Assembly (NCBI GenBank): GCA_044892525.1
Contig: CM097885.1
Location: forward strand, 122,822,001-122,886,000
DNA length: 64,000 nt
From: Schmidtea polychroa
Lineage: Eukaryota
Direction of reading: 5' to 3'
Part shown: positions 1 through 14,300 of the stretch, one piece after another
How the letters are laid out: the number at the start of each line of letters is the position of its first letter
How positions within the stretch are numbered: the stretch's first letter is position 1
Program-made: the position numbers and the translations under genes
Notes under the pieces: model-generated
Told to the model about the DNA's origin: nothing
Database searches by the model: none
Seen by the model: only the letters and a program-made list of their open reading frames with translations

Positions 1-3
1 AGG

Positions 4-75
4 CAGTGGCGTAACTAGGGGGGAGGGGGTGGACATTTGTCCCCCGGCGCCAAAATTAGGGGGCGCAAAATTAGG
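4..75 (+). mobile_element. hAT-type MITE 5' terminus
   Basis: Starts CAGTGGCGTAACTAGGGGGG followed by GC-rich GGCGCCAAAATTAGGGGGCGC subterminal motifs typical of hAT MITEs. No matching 3' end identified. Confidence 0.55.
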
Positions 76-966
76 GAAGCCAATTTGAAACAAAAATTAA
101 GTAATAAATTATTCTTAAGATCTAAGAGATTAATATATTTTTTATTACTTCATTAATTTCTTAGAATAGGTGTGCGTGCATTCAGTTATTTGCAATATTT
201 ACTTATACGTGTATATTTAGTTATACGTGTAGTGTATAAATAAAAACACAAAAACTTTATTATTTTAAATTTTAGTACGTTTACGTTATAGTTAATCCAT
301 TTTTGGTCATAATACTAAAAAAAGGTAAGTGTTATAATATATATACTTTATTTATTCTCTACGTAAATAATACAAGACAAGTAGTTACTAAATTTGTAAT
401 TTTAAAAATTACATTGATTAACCGTGTTTTTTGTTATTCGTCATTAATATTCTTTAAAAAAATTAAATTAAATATATATACCATTACATAAAATAGAATT
501 TACTATATAAATAAATAAATTAATTGATAGTTTAGTTAATCATTTTCCTTATTAAAAATTAACCGTTTCGTTTTGTATATTTATATACGGTTATTTGGAA
601 CACAAAGATTTTAATTTCCTTTAAAAGTTGCACAGTCAATATCTTTTGTGCACAAAGCCGTCAGAGGTAATAACAATAGCAATAAATCAATTCTAAAACC
701 ACAAATTTTAAACATTTCTTTGAATAACATAAAAAATATTCTAAATGTAAAATATCAAAATTACAAAATATCTCATTCAAAAGACGTTCTTTTCGAAAAA
801 TATTCAGATTTTAAAATGTTTGTTTTAATTCCTGCAACTTTTAAAAAACTTTAATTTTATCCAAATTTGATTAAAATTTAATTTTTTAATTAGCTTATTA
901 TAATTAGATTAGTTAAATACAGGTATTTATTAAATTTTTGGAGATCTGATTATTCATAACTTCCTA

Positions 967-2271
967 ATGTTAACACATTGGCGTTTTATGAATTCTCGAA
1001 ATAAATCTTCTTTTTATCACGGTAAATTTGTAATTGTTTGTAAATTGTTTTCAAGATTTATTATAGATTCCCCATCATATACTGAAAATCTTAAAGTATT
1101 TGAAAAATTAGAGGGACACAGAGGCTGTGTAGGTTATTATATGTTGCTTAATTTAATGGTAACTATAATTAGGTTAATACAGTGGCTTGGGATAAAACCG
1201 GTACAAAGATTTTATCTGGTGGGGATGATGCAATTTTACGCATTCATCAATTTTTATCTGATTGGGATAAAGTAACACATGTGTACTGTCTTACTTAATT
1301 TTTTTTAAGCCATGGGTTAAAGACCATGTATATGAAATCTCTTTACCAAATTCACGAAATATACTTAGTGCTAAATTCATGCCGATTTATAACAATCAAG
1401 TTTTTTAAATTTTTACGCAAAATGTTATGTGTTTTTACATGTGAATAAATAGATAATCTCCGCGTCAAAATGCGGCTCGATATTTCTAGTTGATGTCAAT
1501 AGTACCAACAAGGAATTAAATGTTTTTTATAAACATTCTGGACCCGCATTAAATGTTAGTAAATAATTCTAAATATTTATATAGTAGTGATAATTTTAAT
1601 TTTTTCAGTATTTTGTTTAAAATAATAGAGGTAAGATATATTTCCATAGCACATTAACGACCAGTTTCTTAGTGAAATTAATTTATTTTACAGTTTACGT
1701 CTGTTTAGCTAAAATATAGAAAAATATAAATCTGTTAAAAATAATAAAATTGATAAATTATTCAGTGAGCAATTTGTCTTTTACTAGAATTTCACTTTTA
1801 GATCGCCTTCAATAAATAAGAACTAACCATTTCATTGTGTTGCTTGTGAGCTACAAAGCTGTTTAACGGATTTTAAATTTTACATTAGATTTTTTAAATT
1901 ATTTTTATAATAATATATCCAGTCAAAGAAACGTTATTTTATTTTATTCAAAATAAATAAAAAATGTCATGCAATTAATTTATAAATACAATGTCAATTG
2001 AAAAGAAGTCAGTGGTAAAAATTGAAAGAAGTTCTTATAATAATAATAATAATATTATTATTATTTAAAATAAATAAAGTGATAATTAAAGCCTTTTGCT
2101 GCGAATAATGTATTTAATGAAAATATTTTCGACTATAAGATAGTCCTGGAATTTAGTATTCCTCTTTCCGAACATACATTTTGATCTTTCTTTTATTTCC
2201 TTTTTCTTCTAATTATTATTTATTATTATTATTAGTATAAAATGATGATTTCTTGGTAGCAGCATTTATTG

Positions 2272-2322
<51 letters not shown>

Positions 2323-5300
2323 CAATAATATAACAAAAATATCTTTTTGAACACTTGGTATTTGTTAAATCGCTTCTTACAGTTCAAGTTTTCCTATATT
2401 TCTGCTCAAAATTTTAATGAAATTATTAATATTGTATAGTCATAATTTTGTTCAATAGATTGCTACATTTGAAGACGAGGCATTTAATTTTGCAACAGCA
2501 AGCAATGATAAAACCTTTTGCATTTTCGATATTCGAGAATCGAATAATATACCATCTTTAAAAATGAATTTACCGTGCTCTTTATCTGCCATAGCTATTC
2601 ATCCAATATATTCTTATAAAATTGCAATTGGTGGAAGTGATAGTTGTGTCAGAGTATTCGACAAAAGATATTTAAATAAAAGTTTTAACGGTAAGTTCGT
2701 TGTCTGTGATTACGAAATAAATATAATGCATAGACGTTGAAAAAACATTAAAGTATGTTACAGAAATTTGCAGGCCTCTTCAGTTTCCAATAGATAACAA
2801 GATATCGAATCCAAGTCCATTTCATAATTATGGAAAGCGATGTGTAAATAGCGTGAGCTTTGAACCACGCTTGGGAAATCATTTATTAGTTAACTACATG
2901 TATGATTCAATATATTTGTTTGATACAAGACAGCAAGAAAACAATCATCAACCTAATTTTCAAGTAATAAAAAAATTATGATATTATTATTATAGATCTA
3001 ACTAATAGCAATAACTATAAATATACAACAAAACATGTGTATAACACACACACAACACAACACAAGATTTTAAATTTCAAATCAAGCCACATTATAGAAT
3101 TAAATTTAAAGTGTCAACTCAATACCAATAATTTTACTAGATAAAATGTGTAAATTATACAAAAAAAACATGGATATAGCACACATAACACATTTAAAAT
3201 TTACAATCAAGTCCTCTTGCAGAGAATTCTACCTATACATGGTTATACTAAAAATGAGATCAAATCATCTATGAGATCAAAAATGCGTTTATATATATAT
3301 ATATAGTAGGATAGTGTCTGGTCTCGTCATGTTTGTGTTGGGGTGCCGACTAGGACAACACACATTTACTCTCTACCAGGGGATGAAGGTCAATTATTCT
3401 AAACAAAACTGATTTTGTCGACCGCTAGCCAGACTTTCGTTGATCCTTCTTACGCCATGACACCCATGACTTACATCATGTTGGTAATGTGACATGACGG
3501 CGGAATATGGTGAAGCAGGTGACCTTAAGACTACTCCTTCACCCTATTCCGGCTCACCCCTTTTCTGACGGCCGATAGAAGTTCTTACGTCTTGTCTCAC
3601 TTTGCGAAATCTGAGGTAATTCTATTTCCCTTTAGCTTGAGGATCTTCATCTTTAATTATTCACGAAAATTATTTTATTCAAAGAATTACTAACAAAATA
3701 AAACCAAAAAAAAAAATAAATTAAGAATAAAAAATTCGACGGAAAGGAAAAAACATGTTCATTTAGGAAAACATCACACCGTCCAGACAGATTGCTCTAT
3801 GCTTCACGAATTCATCTGTTGCAAGGTTGATGACGCTGACTGACCCCGGTGAAGTTGATGACGATAGAAGCGTGTCTACACAGCTTTTGTAGGATCTCCC
3901 GACTGTTGGATTTAGTTCTTGGGGATAATGATGTAGCGGGAAGACATTATCTTCTTCCGTGATAGGCACGGTCAATATGATTTTAGTGAGGGTCGCTTGC
4001 ACCTAGACTTTATGCAGTGTCTCCAACTGTTCTTTAATGAGCAGCCGCTGCGATCTGCTTTCTTCTATCAAACTGTCGCGGCAATGCTCTACTCGAACAA
4101 TTCTTTTTCGCGCTCCTTTTATTTGCGTGGGTGCGAACCACGCCCCTTCGAACCCATCTATCATTTTCTTTAGTACTCCTATCTGCCATTGTAAACCTGA
4201 CTTCAATTAAAAGCAACAAAATTTTACTCTAGGCAAATGAGACATGTGAAAACACTGAGACCTCCAAATTGACAAATTAGTAAACCAAACCAATAAATTC
4301 AAGAAGAGTCCTGGTAATTTCACTAGCTTGTCTTCTCTTTTTATATTGCTTTCGTAATTGAATTCTCTCTTTCTGTTTTTTAATTGATTTAACCCATTAC
4401 CTCCAGATTTATAATATTAATATTTGGGGATCGATGAATACAAAAATGATACAATACAAAATGATACAACCAAAAATGATCCAAAGCACATAAGTTAGTG
4501 TCCAGTTAGAGATGCAAAATATACTTATCACCATTTGGGGATTACATTAACTAGGTTTACCAGATTTTCACCAAGACAAACCGGGACGTCTGGCTACCCT
4601 AGGTAACTATATAAAAAATTAAAATAATAAACCAAGTATAAATATAAAAATCAATAAACTCACATATTTTTTAATAATTTAATAGCTTTAAATATTGTAA
4701 ATAAAAAAGTAACTTTCCCATGACGGCCACAGATTAAATTGAACAAAAACAAAACTTAACCATCTGTCATTCATAACAAAAACAAACTACCCAACAGGAA
4801 AAGTTTCATATTAAAACCCATCGAACAAGAAAGCTAATTCGAAAAATAGAAAAAGTATGATAAATAAACGAAACTTTGGAGGCAGTTGTCCTCCAAAATT
4901 TTTAATTTTGTTTGCAATATTGCAATGCAAAAAAACCGGGACAATTGAGCGTCCCGAAGACCTCTTTCGGGACAATGATCTCAAAACCGGGACAATCCCG
5001 GACGTCTGGCAACCCTACATTAACTATCATTTATATCCTTGTACTTAGTCTCGAAACATTTCATTGGAAGAGGTATAGAAAAAGAAACTCTCAAACTTGT
5101 AACTTTAGAGGAGTATTTTAATTTTTCATGCACAGATGATTTATTTATGTTACCAGTGATCACGCGTTTTTTTATTTGTATTACTGCAATTCTGATTTAT
5201 TTCCAAACATTTAATCTTTGTAATGGGAAAACTACAAATTTAGTTAAGTATTATAGTACTGGTTTTTAATGGTTTTAAACTATTTTGTTTACATAGTTAA

Positions 5301-8300
5301 TTTTCAATAAAACTTTATAATAACTTTTTACATTTCCACAACTGCAATTTTTGGTAAATTTGGAATTAGACTAACATGAAAATTTGTTATAAAAGGTGTA
5401 ATTTTTTTTTTAATTTACGTTCTTTTTGATTTCTAATAATTTCTATAATTTCTAAACAAATTTTAGTTTTCTACTTTTTCTCTATATAATATAATATATT
5501 TTTCTTGAAATAAAAAAGATTTATGGTCAATTTAGTATTATCGGAATGACATTTTTGTGAGCCCTGAATTTATAATTTTCAGATATTTGTGGAAAGTCAT
5601 TTTAAAATGCGAAAGAATCCAAACTAAATATTAAATTAATTTATATTTATTTTTTTTGCATTTTAACCAGAGTTGTCACACGTCCTACTTTCGGTAGGAC
5701 AGACCTACAATTTGGATATTTGTCCTACGTACTACATGAAAGGGAAATTGTCCTACTTTGAACCATTTTTCTTTTAAATTTAACAAAAAAAATTTTAACA
5801 AGAAAAATATTTTTCTCTTTAAAATTCAAAGCTAAATATAATATTGCCTGAAAACATAAATATAAATATAAATATTGCTTAAATGCATTTGCCAGTTCTC
5901 AATTAATGGAAAAATTTATTATTGAAAAGAACACTCCAAATTGTTGCTATTGAATTAACACATATATACAATACTGTGAAGCATAATTTATTCCATAACT
6001 CTTTACATTGCTTGATGAAACTCGTACCAAAGACATTAGTAGAGTTGCCACACGTAATACTGTCGGTAGGACAGTCCTACAATTTGGATGTTTGTCCTAC
6101 TTTGAGCCTCTCAACATGTGGGCACCCTAATTTTAACTGATATTTTATTCATGTTTTATTTGTTCTAATTTATATAGGAAAATATTAAATTTTTTTATTT
6201 AATGGTATGCCAGTGGTTCTCAATCCGTGTTCCGCGATTACGCTTCCAGTGTTCCGTGAAAAAAATGACATTTTATCTTTAAATTTGCATTTAAGATACA
6301 TATCATCAAAAACCTCAGTTAATTTTTTTATAAGATGATTCAATAAGAAAGCCGTTACAAAGATATATAAACATACAAATATAAAAGTGTTTCATATTGC
6401 TTGTTATTGTTGCGCGTGGTATTTTCTTTGCTTATGAGAAGCCATTGTTTAAGTTTACGACAGATTTTGTAGTAATTTGTGATTGATCACTGATTGTGGG
6501 CAAGTATTTTTTTGTCAGTGTTCCGCGTAAAAAATCATGTGAATGGTGTTCCGCGCTTTTATATTCATTGAGAACCACTGCAGTATGTATTGAAGGCTAT
6601 AACATTCAATTCCTCATAATTCCAAAATTTATTTCAGTACAAGTTTTATATAAAATTGTAATTTTTTTATTATTATTAAAGCAATATTTTTTTGAGATAA
6701 TTACTAATTATTTAATATAGACAATCAAATTTCAAACATCCAGCATTCAAAAACTGTATAAAATAAACATTTAAACATTTGTTTTTTTAATTTAAAAACT
6801 GAAATAATTACTATATAAATATTATAAAAACTTTTTTCTCAAATTTCACCACTGATTTCTTTTCCAATGTATTTATTTTGATTTTAAAATTTTGTTTTTA
6901 AAATTTTCCTCACAGTATTTATGTCTCTTCGAATTTCAAATCTTAAAATCTTAAAAAAACAATTTTTAAATATGTTTAAAAAGTTAACAAATTGGTTTAT
7001 TTTCGAATAAAATGTTCAATGAAATCAGTTGGTATACTGAACAAGGTGGCAACTTTGCAACAAGCCAGTCGTTTAAATTTTCAGCACAATTTAATATGTA
7101 TCTTAATAAAGCAGAAACAATTAAAATTTTATGATTTTTTCACTTTGATTAGATAGAAAATCTACCTCAGAATACAAGTTCATTTCGGATTCATTATAAT
7201 TGGGAAAATACTGGACCACCTAGACTTGAAGGTATTGTATTTATTTCATATTCTTTTGAATCAGTTTACTACCAAATGTGAATAAATTCAAAGTTATTTA
7301 GATTATTTAAAATAATCAGTAGTCCAAATGTCTTTAATAATAATTGATTACATTGTAAAACAAAAGGAAAACCGAAAATTCCAGTGGGACTACTTTATGT
7401 ATTTTGACATGCAGATCACAAAAATAATATCCATTTTGTTGTGCAAACCACCAATTTTAGTTTTTCAAAATGGTGGTCAGCTCAATACTAAGCTAGAAAT
7501 TGTAGTATTTGTAATTATTGTTTTGCATGAAACTTGGTTAAATTTAATTTGCATAGTTTTGTTGTGGAGAATATTTGTTTACCAGAAATATATTGCTATG
7601 GAATGGGTTTCTGTAAATGACTTAGATAAATAAGTTACGAAAAAATGTTACGAATATCAACGAGAGGTACGTGCGGCATCACTGAAAAAGATTGTCATCC
7701 AATTGAGAAGTTCATCAAATCTAGCACTCTAAATAAGCGCCTATTCCGTCTGTTATGTCAAGAAATGGAAGGAGATCAAAAGGTGTTGCTCTTCCACACC
7801 TGGACAGAATAGAGTCACTGAAATAGGAGATGGCAGAATTTTTTAAACGGAACATGAAAAGGAAGTCAGAATTCTTCGCATTGTCTCTCTCTGACAACGA
7901 GTGGCTCATAAAACTAGCCTATTTGAATGAAACATTTCACCGTATCAATGCCCTGAACAAATCACTCCAAAGAACCTCGTATGAAATTCACAAATCTTCA
8001 TTATGAAATTGGAACCGGGAAACATAACATTAAAGATGGAAACTTCAGTGTTCTTGATAGAGAAAGCATCCCTCACGACAACATGAACTATTTAGTGATA
8101 ATGTATCTATCCTCCTTGCGAAATGAAATCCTTTCTTACTTCCCGGACTTAAGTGAGGTTGATGCAAAATTGATCCGGAACCCAGTCATGGTCGACGTGA
8201 CATCTTTTCCGGAGGCATTACATAAGCAGTTCTTTGATTTAATGAACGATTCCACGATACAAGATGCATTTAAAAGACAACCCCTATTCAAGTTGCAAAA

Positions 8301-11300
8301 TGTGTGAGTCCTATCCCACTGTAGTTGACATGGTCATATCGACATTGATGACCTTTCCCAGCACTTACCTTTGTGAACAAGGATTCTCTGCTCTTTTCAG
8401 TATGAAAACGAAGTTTCGTGCTCGACTGTCTGCAGCCGAGGAACTCATAATGGAACTCTCCAAAACTGCATCACACATTGAAACTCTGGTTGCCACCAAG
8501 CAGGCGCTCACAATACATTGACTGTAAATCTCTTATAACCATGATTAATTCGTTTTCATCTCTAAGAGTAATTACTTCGTAAAATTTCATTCATTTCAAT
8601 TTTGAATTATGAGACGAAAATAAGGGTGGTACGCAAATTAACTTGAATATATCTAAGAGTACGCTGAGTCGAAAAGGTTGAGAACCGCTGTTCTACAGCA
8701 TCAATATAGCATTGCTTCATACTGGAAATGTGATTCTTTCCATTCCAATTTGATATTCAACAACCCTGAGAGAATCCTATGACAATCCTGCAGTTATTTT
8801 GGACATAATAAAATACAAGGACGGTCAGTGGCTTATAAGTGCAGATTTGAAAGTCGTGGTTAGTTTAAACGTATTGCTAAGTGGTTAGGGTTTCCCTTGC
8901 ACGTGGGATAGCAGGATGAAATTGAAACATTACACAATAAGAACTTGGTAAGCCACAAGAAACGTATAAACTTGGTTTTCATAACGTAATTCGTGAATCT
9001 CTTGTTGAGAAAGCGAAGATTATCTTATCAAATTTTCTCATCAAACCTTGCATAACAAAGCAGTTTGTTAAGGCGTTAGATCATAACAAGCCATATTTTC
9101 AGTATTTACAGAACAAGTTTCCTAAGATCAGTGATGCCAAAATTGAGGAAAGCATTTTTGTATGATTACATATACGAGAACTAGTGCTGGACTAGAAGTT
9201 TACTGCTACAATGAATAGCCACAAACTTACAGCGTGGATGAATTCAAGCATATCTACTAAGGATTTCTGGAAAAATATAAACCAGCAAATTCCGCTGCTT
9301 CAGTAGACGGATTGATCGAATCTTATCAACAGCTGGGCTTCAATATGTCACTTATGCTCAACTTTCTTTTCATCTTTCCTTTATCTCAGAGTATTGCCAG
9401 TGTAAAACAGATACAAGGAAGTGGAGCGCTGCCATGCTTGTGGACTTATGATTGTATTTACAGAGTGATGGACCTAATAGTGCATACAAATTACAACAAA
9501 ATGTCTATAAACAATTTATTTTCAGGGTTTTTAAACAACTTTTCTAATCATCTGCATGATTTATAATATAATAAAGTCTACCGTTCGTCATCAAATTGTT
9601 TATATAGTACAGGTAATGTGTTAAAAGAAAGCAAGATTAATCACCGTATTTTCCAGAATATAAACTAGTTTCATTTATTATTTTTTATTCATAAAAATTA
9701 TTTATCCCGCCTCTTGTCTTTAATTAACAATAGATAGACTAAAAAACAATGTGCTAACGGTAGAATCTATTTAATATTAAAATTCAAAATTTAATTTTCA
9801 TTATTTGCTTAGTTAATCATTTCAGAATTTTTTTTCGTAACTGAAATATTCAATTAAATATTGACTTCGTACTTCCATCAATTGTGTTCATTATATTTGT
9901 ATTTTATTAATCTTTTGTTTATAATATATAAAAATAGACAATGTGTCCCAGGGATATTTGGCTTGATGTTTTATTATGTTATATTATCTTTCCTTATTAT
10001 TATTATGTTACGGTATTTCAGTGTTTGTATGTACATATATGTTCGTGTTAATTATTTATAATCTTTTTATATTTAATTTTCTAACCAGGAGAACATGAAC
10101 GAGGTGAAATTATTTGCCCACCATCTATTCAATCATTTTTAAATGATCTACAATTGTAAATCTTTTAAAAAATAATTCTATTAATCTGTTCCTAAATAGA
10201 AATGACTCCAGTTTCGAATCAAAAATTGATTTTACAATAGAATCGCAATTAAAATCAGTTAAAAGGTATAAAGAAGTTCAGGTATATGCTGGCCATCAGA
10301 ATTGTCGAACAATGGTAATCATTTATACATGAAATAATAAAAATTCAAATCTAAATAGGAGTCATCCAGCACATTTGAGTATTACTTATTTGTGAAAGGA
10401 TTAATCATGCATTAGTTAAAAAGTAAGTGAGACTACATTCTGATGGGTCATATCCTTTGTTAGATTAGGTAGTCTTATCCTCAGAAAAATTTTACAGCAC
10501 ATGCTTCAAAAAATTGTATTTTAACAAATTTTACATTTTTTTCTACCTCGCAATAAAGATTTTAATTTTTTTGTTTTTAAAGTCTATAGATTGCGTTTGG
10601 TGCGCAAAGTACAACGACAATAGTTCAACCCTCGAAATTTGAAAACTATTTCTTTTATTTGCTTCTTTTTTTTATTTACAACTTTCGATATGTACATTGA
10701 CTTACATAGTTACTCCCTCTGTCCCAAAATACTGGCTCTCCGTTTTTCTTGTCCCATATTACTGGATATGTTTCTATAAAAACTAATTTTGTCAAAAAGT
10801 TGATATATTTTTATTAAATATATTTCTTAAAAATGGTTGTTCTGCTACAAAAGTGCATAAAATCATGTATTTGTGTTGTGGTAACATGTGATTGCTATAT
10901 TTTTAAAAAGAGAATGAAACTTTATTTATTTTAAACGGAAAGAGCATTTGCTAATATTTCTGCTTTTACTTTTAAAGATACAGGTAGCATGTTATTGTTG
11001 ATTTGACGATCTTTGGCCATATGTGGTTGCTTGTAATTGCTTCCTCCATAGACTTTGATGCTTTCAATCATACGATTTTGGAGAGATGAAAAACTTTATA
11101 CAACTAATCACGAGACATGTCATTAAAAGATTGTCCAACAAATTTGATAATGTCATCTATAGAAGGATTAGTTGAATAATAGGTACTTAACTTTGAATGG
11201 CTTGAAAATATCCAAAATCCAAGATATTCATATCTGGGCTATCAGGTTGTTAACAGATCAATCGAATATCAAATTCATCACTTGTTGCGTGTTGGACAAA

Positions 11301-14300
11301 TTCTGAATCATCTGGTGAACAATGAGGTCTAGCGTTATCTTATTGAATAAAAATCGTTTTACTTCGTTCTATATGATTTACAGTCCACTTAGATTTAATT
11401 GCTGGAAGTACTTTTTCAATCACTATTTTGCGGTACTCCTTTTTATCAACAACAAGGGGTATGGAAAGAAATGCATCTTTGCTATTACTTTTTGCAGGTT
11501 CCATTTTTATGAATGGTGAAATTCCAATTTTGCCATAAAACTATTCATTTTTATGTACATCAAATCTAGGTCTAGCAACAGCTATAAGAAACATCACTTT
11601 TGTTATGAATTTTTTTGATTTTACTTGGCGATGCGGTTCAACCTCGTATGTTTCAAGGTAATAACGGCTTTGCTCCTCAGTTAGATAAAACCACTTTTCA
11701 TCACCATATCAAACATATCCGCGAATCAAATAATTCCATCTTCAAAATTTGCAAATGACGGAATACAAACATAACCAGCTCCTCTTTATTTGCCTCTGCC
11801 AACAGAGGCTTTAATGTTACCGTGCAAACTCGCACTTCTCCAGCTTTTATCCGGCAAAGAAGGGACGTTTTTGACATTTTCAAGGCATCTGCAAGTGCTA
11901 TGATTGTTTTTCGTTTGTTCAGTGGTACATTTCGAATTTTGCCATTTAATTCAAAATTCTTCTTTTTTGTACCAACTCCAGCGGGTTTTTTGAAGCCACA
12001 TTCAATGGACTGATTTCTTTGCCTCGTTTCCAGATTTTGGCTACAGTTTGAACACTCACGTGGTATTTAGCTGCAATGGAATTGTATGCATCCCCCTTAA
12101 GTATTCCGTTGTCACTTTTACTTAGCAAATCATCATATATTAACCTTCTTTGTTCATTGGAAAGTTCACGTTTATTTTGTTCCATATTTATGAATAAAAA
12201 TTTGAAAAAAATAAACCTTTAAGACGAAAAACTGAAATGGTGTTTACAAAAAAATGAAATGTCAAAATGATAAGGGATGTCCTGTAATCATAACATTGTT
12301 AAATGTTAAAAAATAAGTTTAAAATTATCGTTACTTTCTTTAATTTTTGACAAATTATAGAGTATTTTAAGCTTTTTGTGAAAACTATCCAGTAATATGG
12401 GACAACAATTTTTGTAATTTTTGACCTTTTATGAAAAAATGATGAAATAAAACAAGAAGATACGGTTGTATTTATGAAAAATGATGTTTTTTAGAAAGTC
12501 TTATGATTAATTCAACTCATAAGAAAAAAATTGAGGTAGAGCCCTATATTCGAGATAATCCGCAGACACGAAACGAAAACTATCCAGTATTATGGGACAG
12601 AGAGAGTATTAATTTCATAATGAGGGAATTATTTTTTCAATTTTTGCTTTTATGACAATTGCTTTTAAAAGTAGTGACTCATCTTCAATTGTTGGCCGGT
12701 GAGTTTTATGTCGAATCTTCAATTTACTGCTGAATCTCTGCACAAATGTGAGATTTTTTTTATGAATATATTCTGCTTTTATTGGTCATATTTCTTCCTT
12801 TTCACTTTTTTATAGTTATTCAGCCTTTAGTTTCTTTTCTTAAAGCCATTTTTCCTGGACTAAACATAAAACATCACTACCCTTTCGCTTATACAAGCCA
12901 ATCAAGTTGATATTGATGATGTTTATCTTACCCTCCAACTCATCTGGGTTTCTGCTTTGAACGTGACAGATTTTGCTTCACAAGAAGTACTGGATGGACC
13001 AGCTTCTAAGTCGATTTCATTCTGGTGATTTTTGTTAGTTTGTGTTTGGTGTTTCACAGCCTGTTACATCTTGTTTAATTGTTACATTTGTATCCGGTTT
13101 ACAATGATGTGCATTTTCATTCTTCAGAGCCTGATCTTTACAGAAACTCATCAATATTTCTTTATTTTTCTGTGCTATAGTAGAGCATGACCTTTTAATA
13201 ACGATTCTACTTTTGCTGATAAATTATCCTCTTTCTGAAATTTATTCCAAATTTCGGTGTTTCTTTTTGACATTCCTACTTGCGCCCGTTAGAAAACATC
13301 TTTACATAGGCTTCAAACAACAAATGGTGACAGTTTGGTTTGTCCATTCTTAATCTAATAAAAAATGAAAATATGTTATTTAAAATAATCTTTTATTTTA
13401 AATTTTTATTACAAATTTTAAATATTGTTAAATTTATTTAATATTATTAATATTAATATTAGTTTAAAACAAGAACAAATTTCTATATTTCTATTGATAT
13501 TTTATTTTTTGAAGAAGACTTCCTTTAATGTCAAGATCTTAACTGGTTTTATTATCTCTTTTCTATTTTTTAATTTATTAAATTAATTATAAAAAGTAAC
13601 ACTGTTGACGTCAATTAACCTTTAACTCTCCTATTTTGTTGACATAATTTATGGACGTTCCCTTATTTTGAACTTAACTTTTCATTTATTTTAGATATTT
13701 CATCGAAATTTAAATGATTTTCATTTTTACGGTATTTTAATTCGAACTTATCTTCTGTTAAATTTAACTTTCAAGTTTAAAAGAATGTAGTGTTCAGAAA
13801 TATTAATGCTTTGGTTTCTGTNNNNNNNNNNNNNNNNNNNNNNNNNNNNNNNNNNNNNNNNNNNNNNNNNNNNNNNNNNNNNNNNNNNNNNNNNNNNNNN
13901 NNNNNNNNNNNNNNNNNNNNNNNNNNNNNNNNNNNNNNNNNNNNNNNNNNNNNNNNNNNNNNNNNNNNNNNNNNNNNNNNNNNNNNNNNNNNNNNNNNNN
14001 NNNNNNNNNNNNNNNTTCATATATCCCTAATAACTCTCTTTCCTCACGATATGGTGTCCTTTTCGACGAGCTGATAACATACTACGACTGCCTCTGTGCA
14101 TCCAGTTGAGACTGTTCAACATAGATCCATTGGTTCAAAAATTGGTATCTTTATCGAGAATAAATATTCTATTTTTCTTTAGATAATTCAGTTAAATTCA
14201 TACATTTTTTAGGATCTGATAAGCTTTGCATTCATTCAATGAAAGAAAAATTCCCATCATGTAATCGCTGCATAAAAGGGTAATCTCTCATAAGTTTTCT

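Noticed and set aside
303-854. Short AT-rich ORFs at the window start (and most other 60-80 aa ORFs in the track)
   Set aside because: Low-complexity I/K/N/F/L composition expected by chance at this AT content, with no motifs or splice support.
13748-14074. ORFs containing poly-X
   Set aside because: Artefacts of the 194-N assembly gap.
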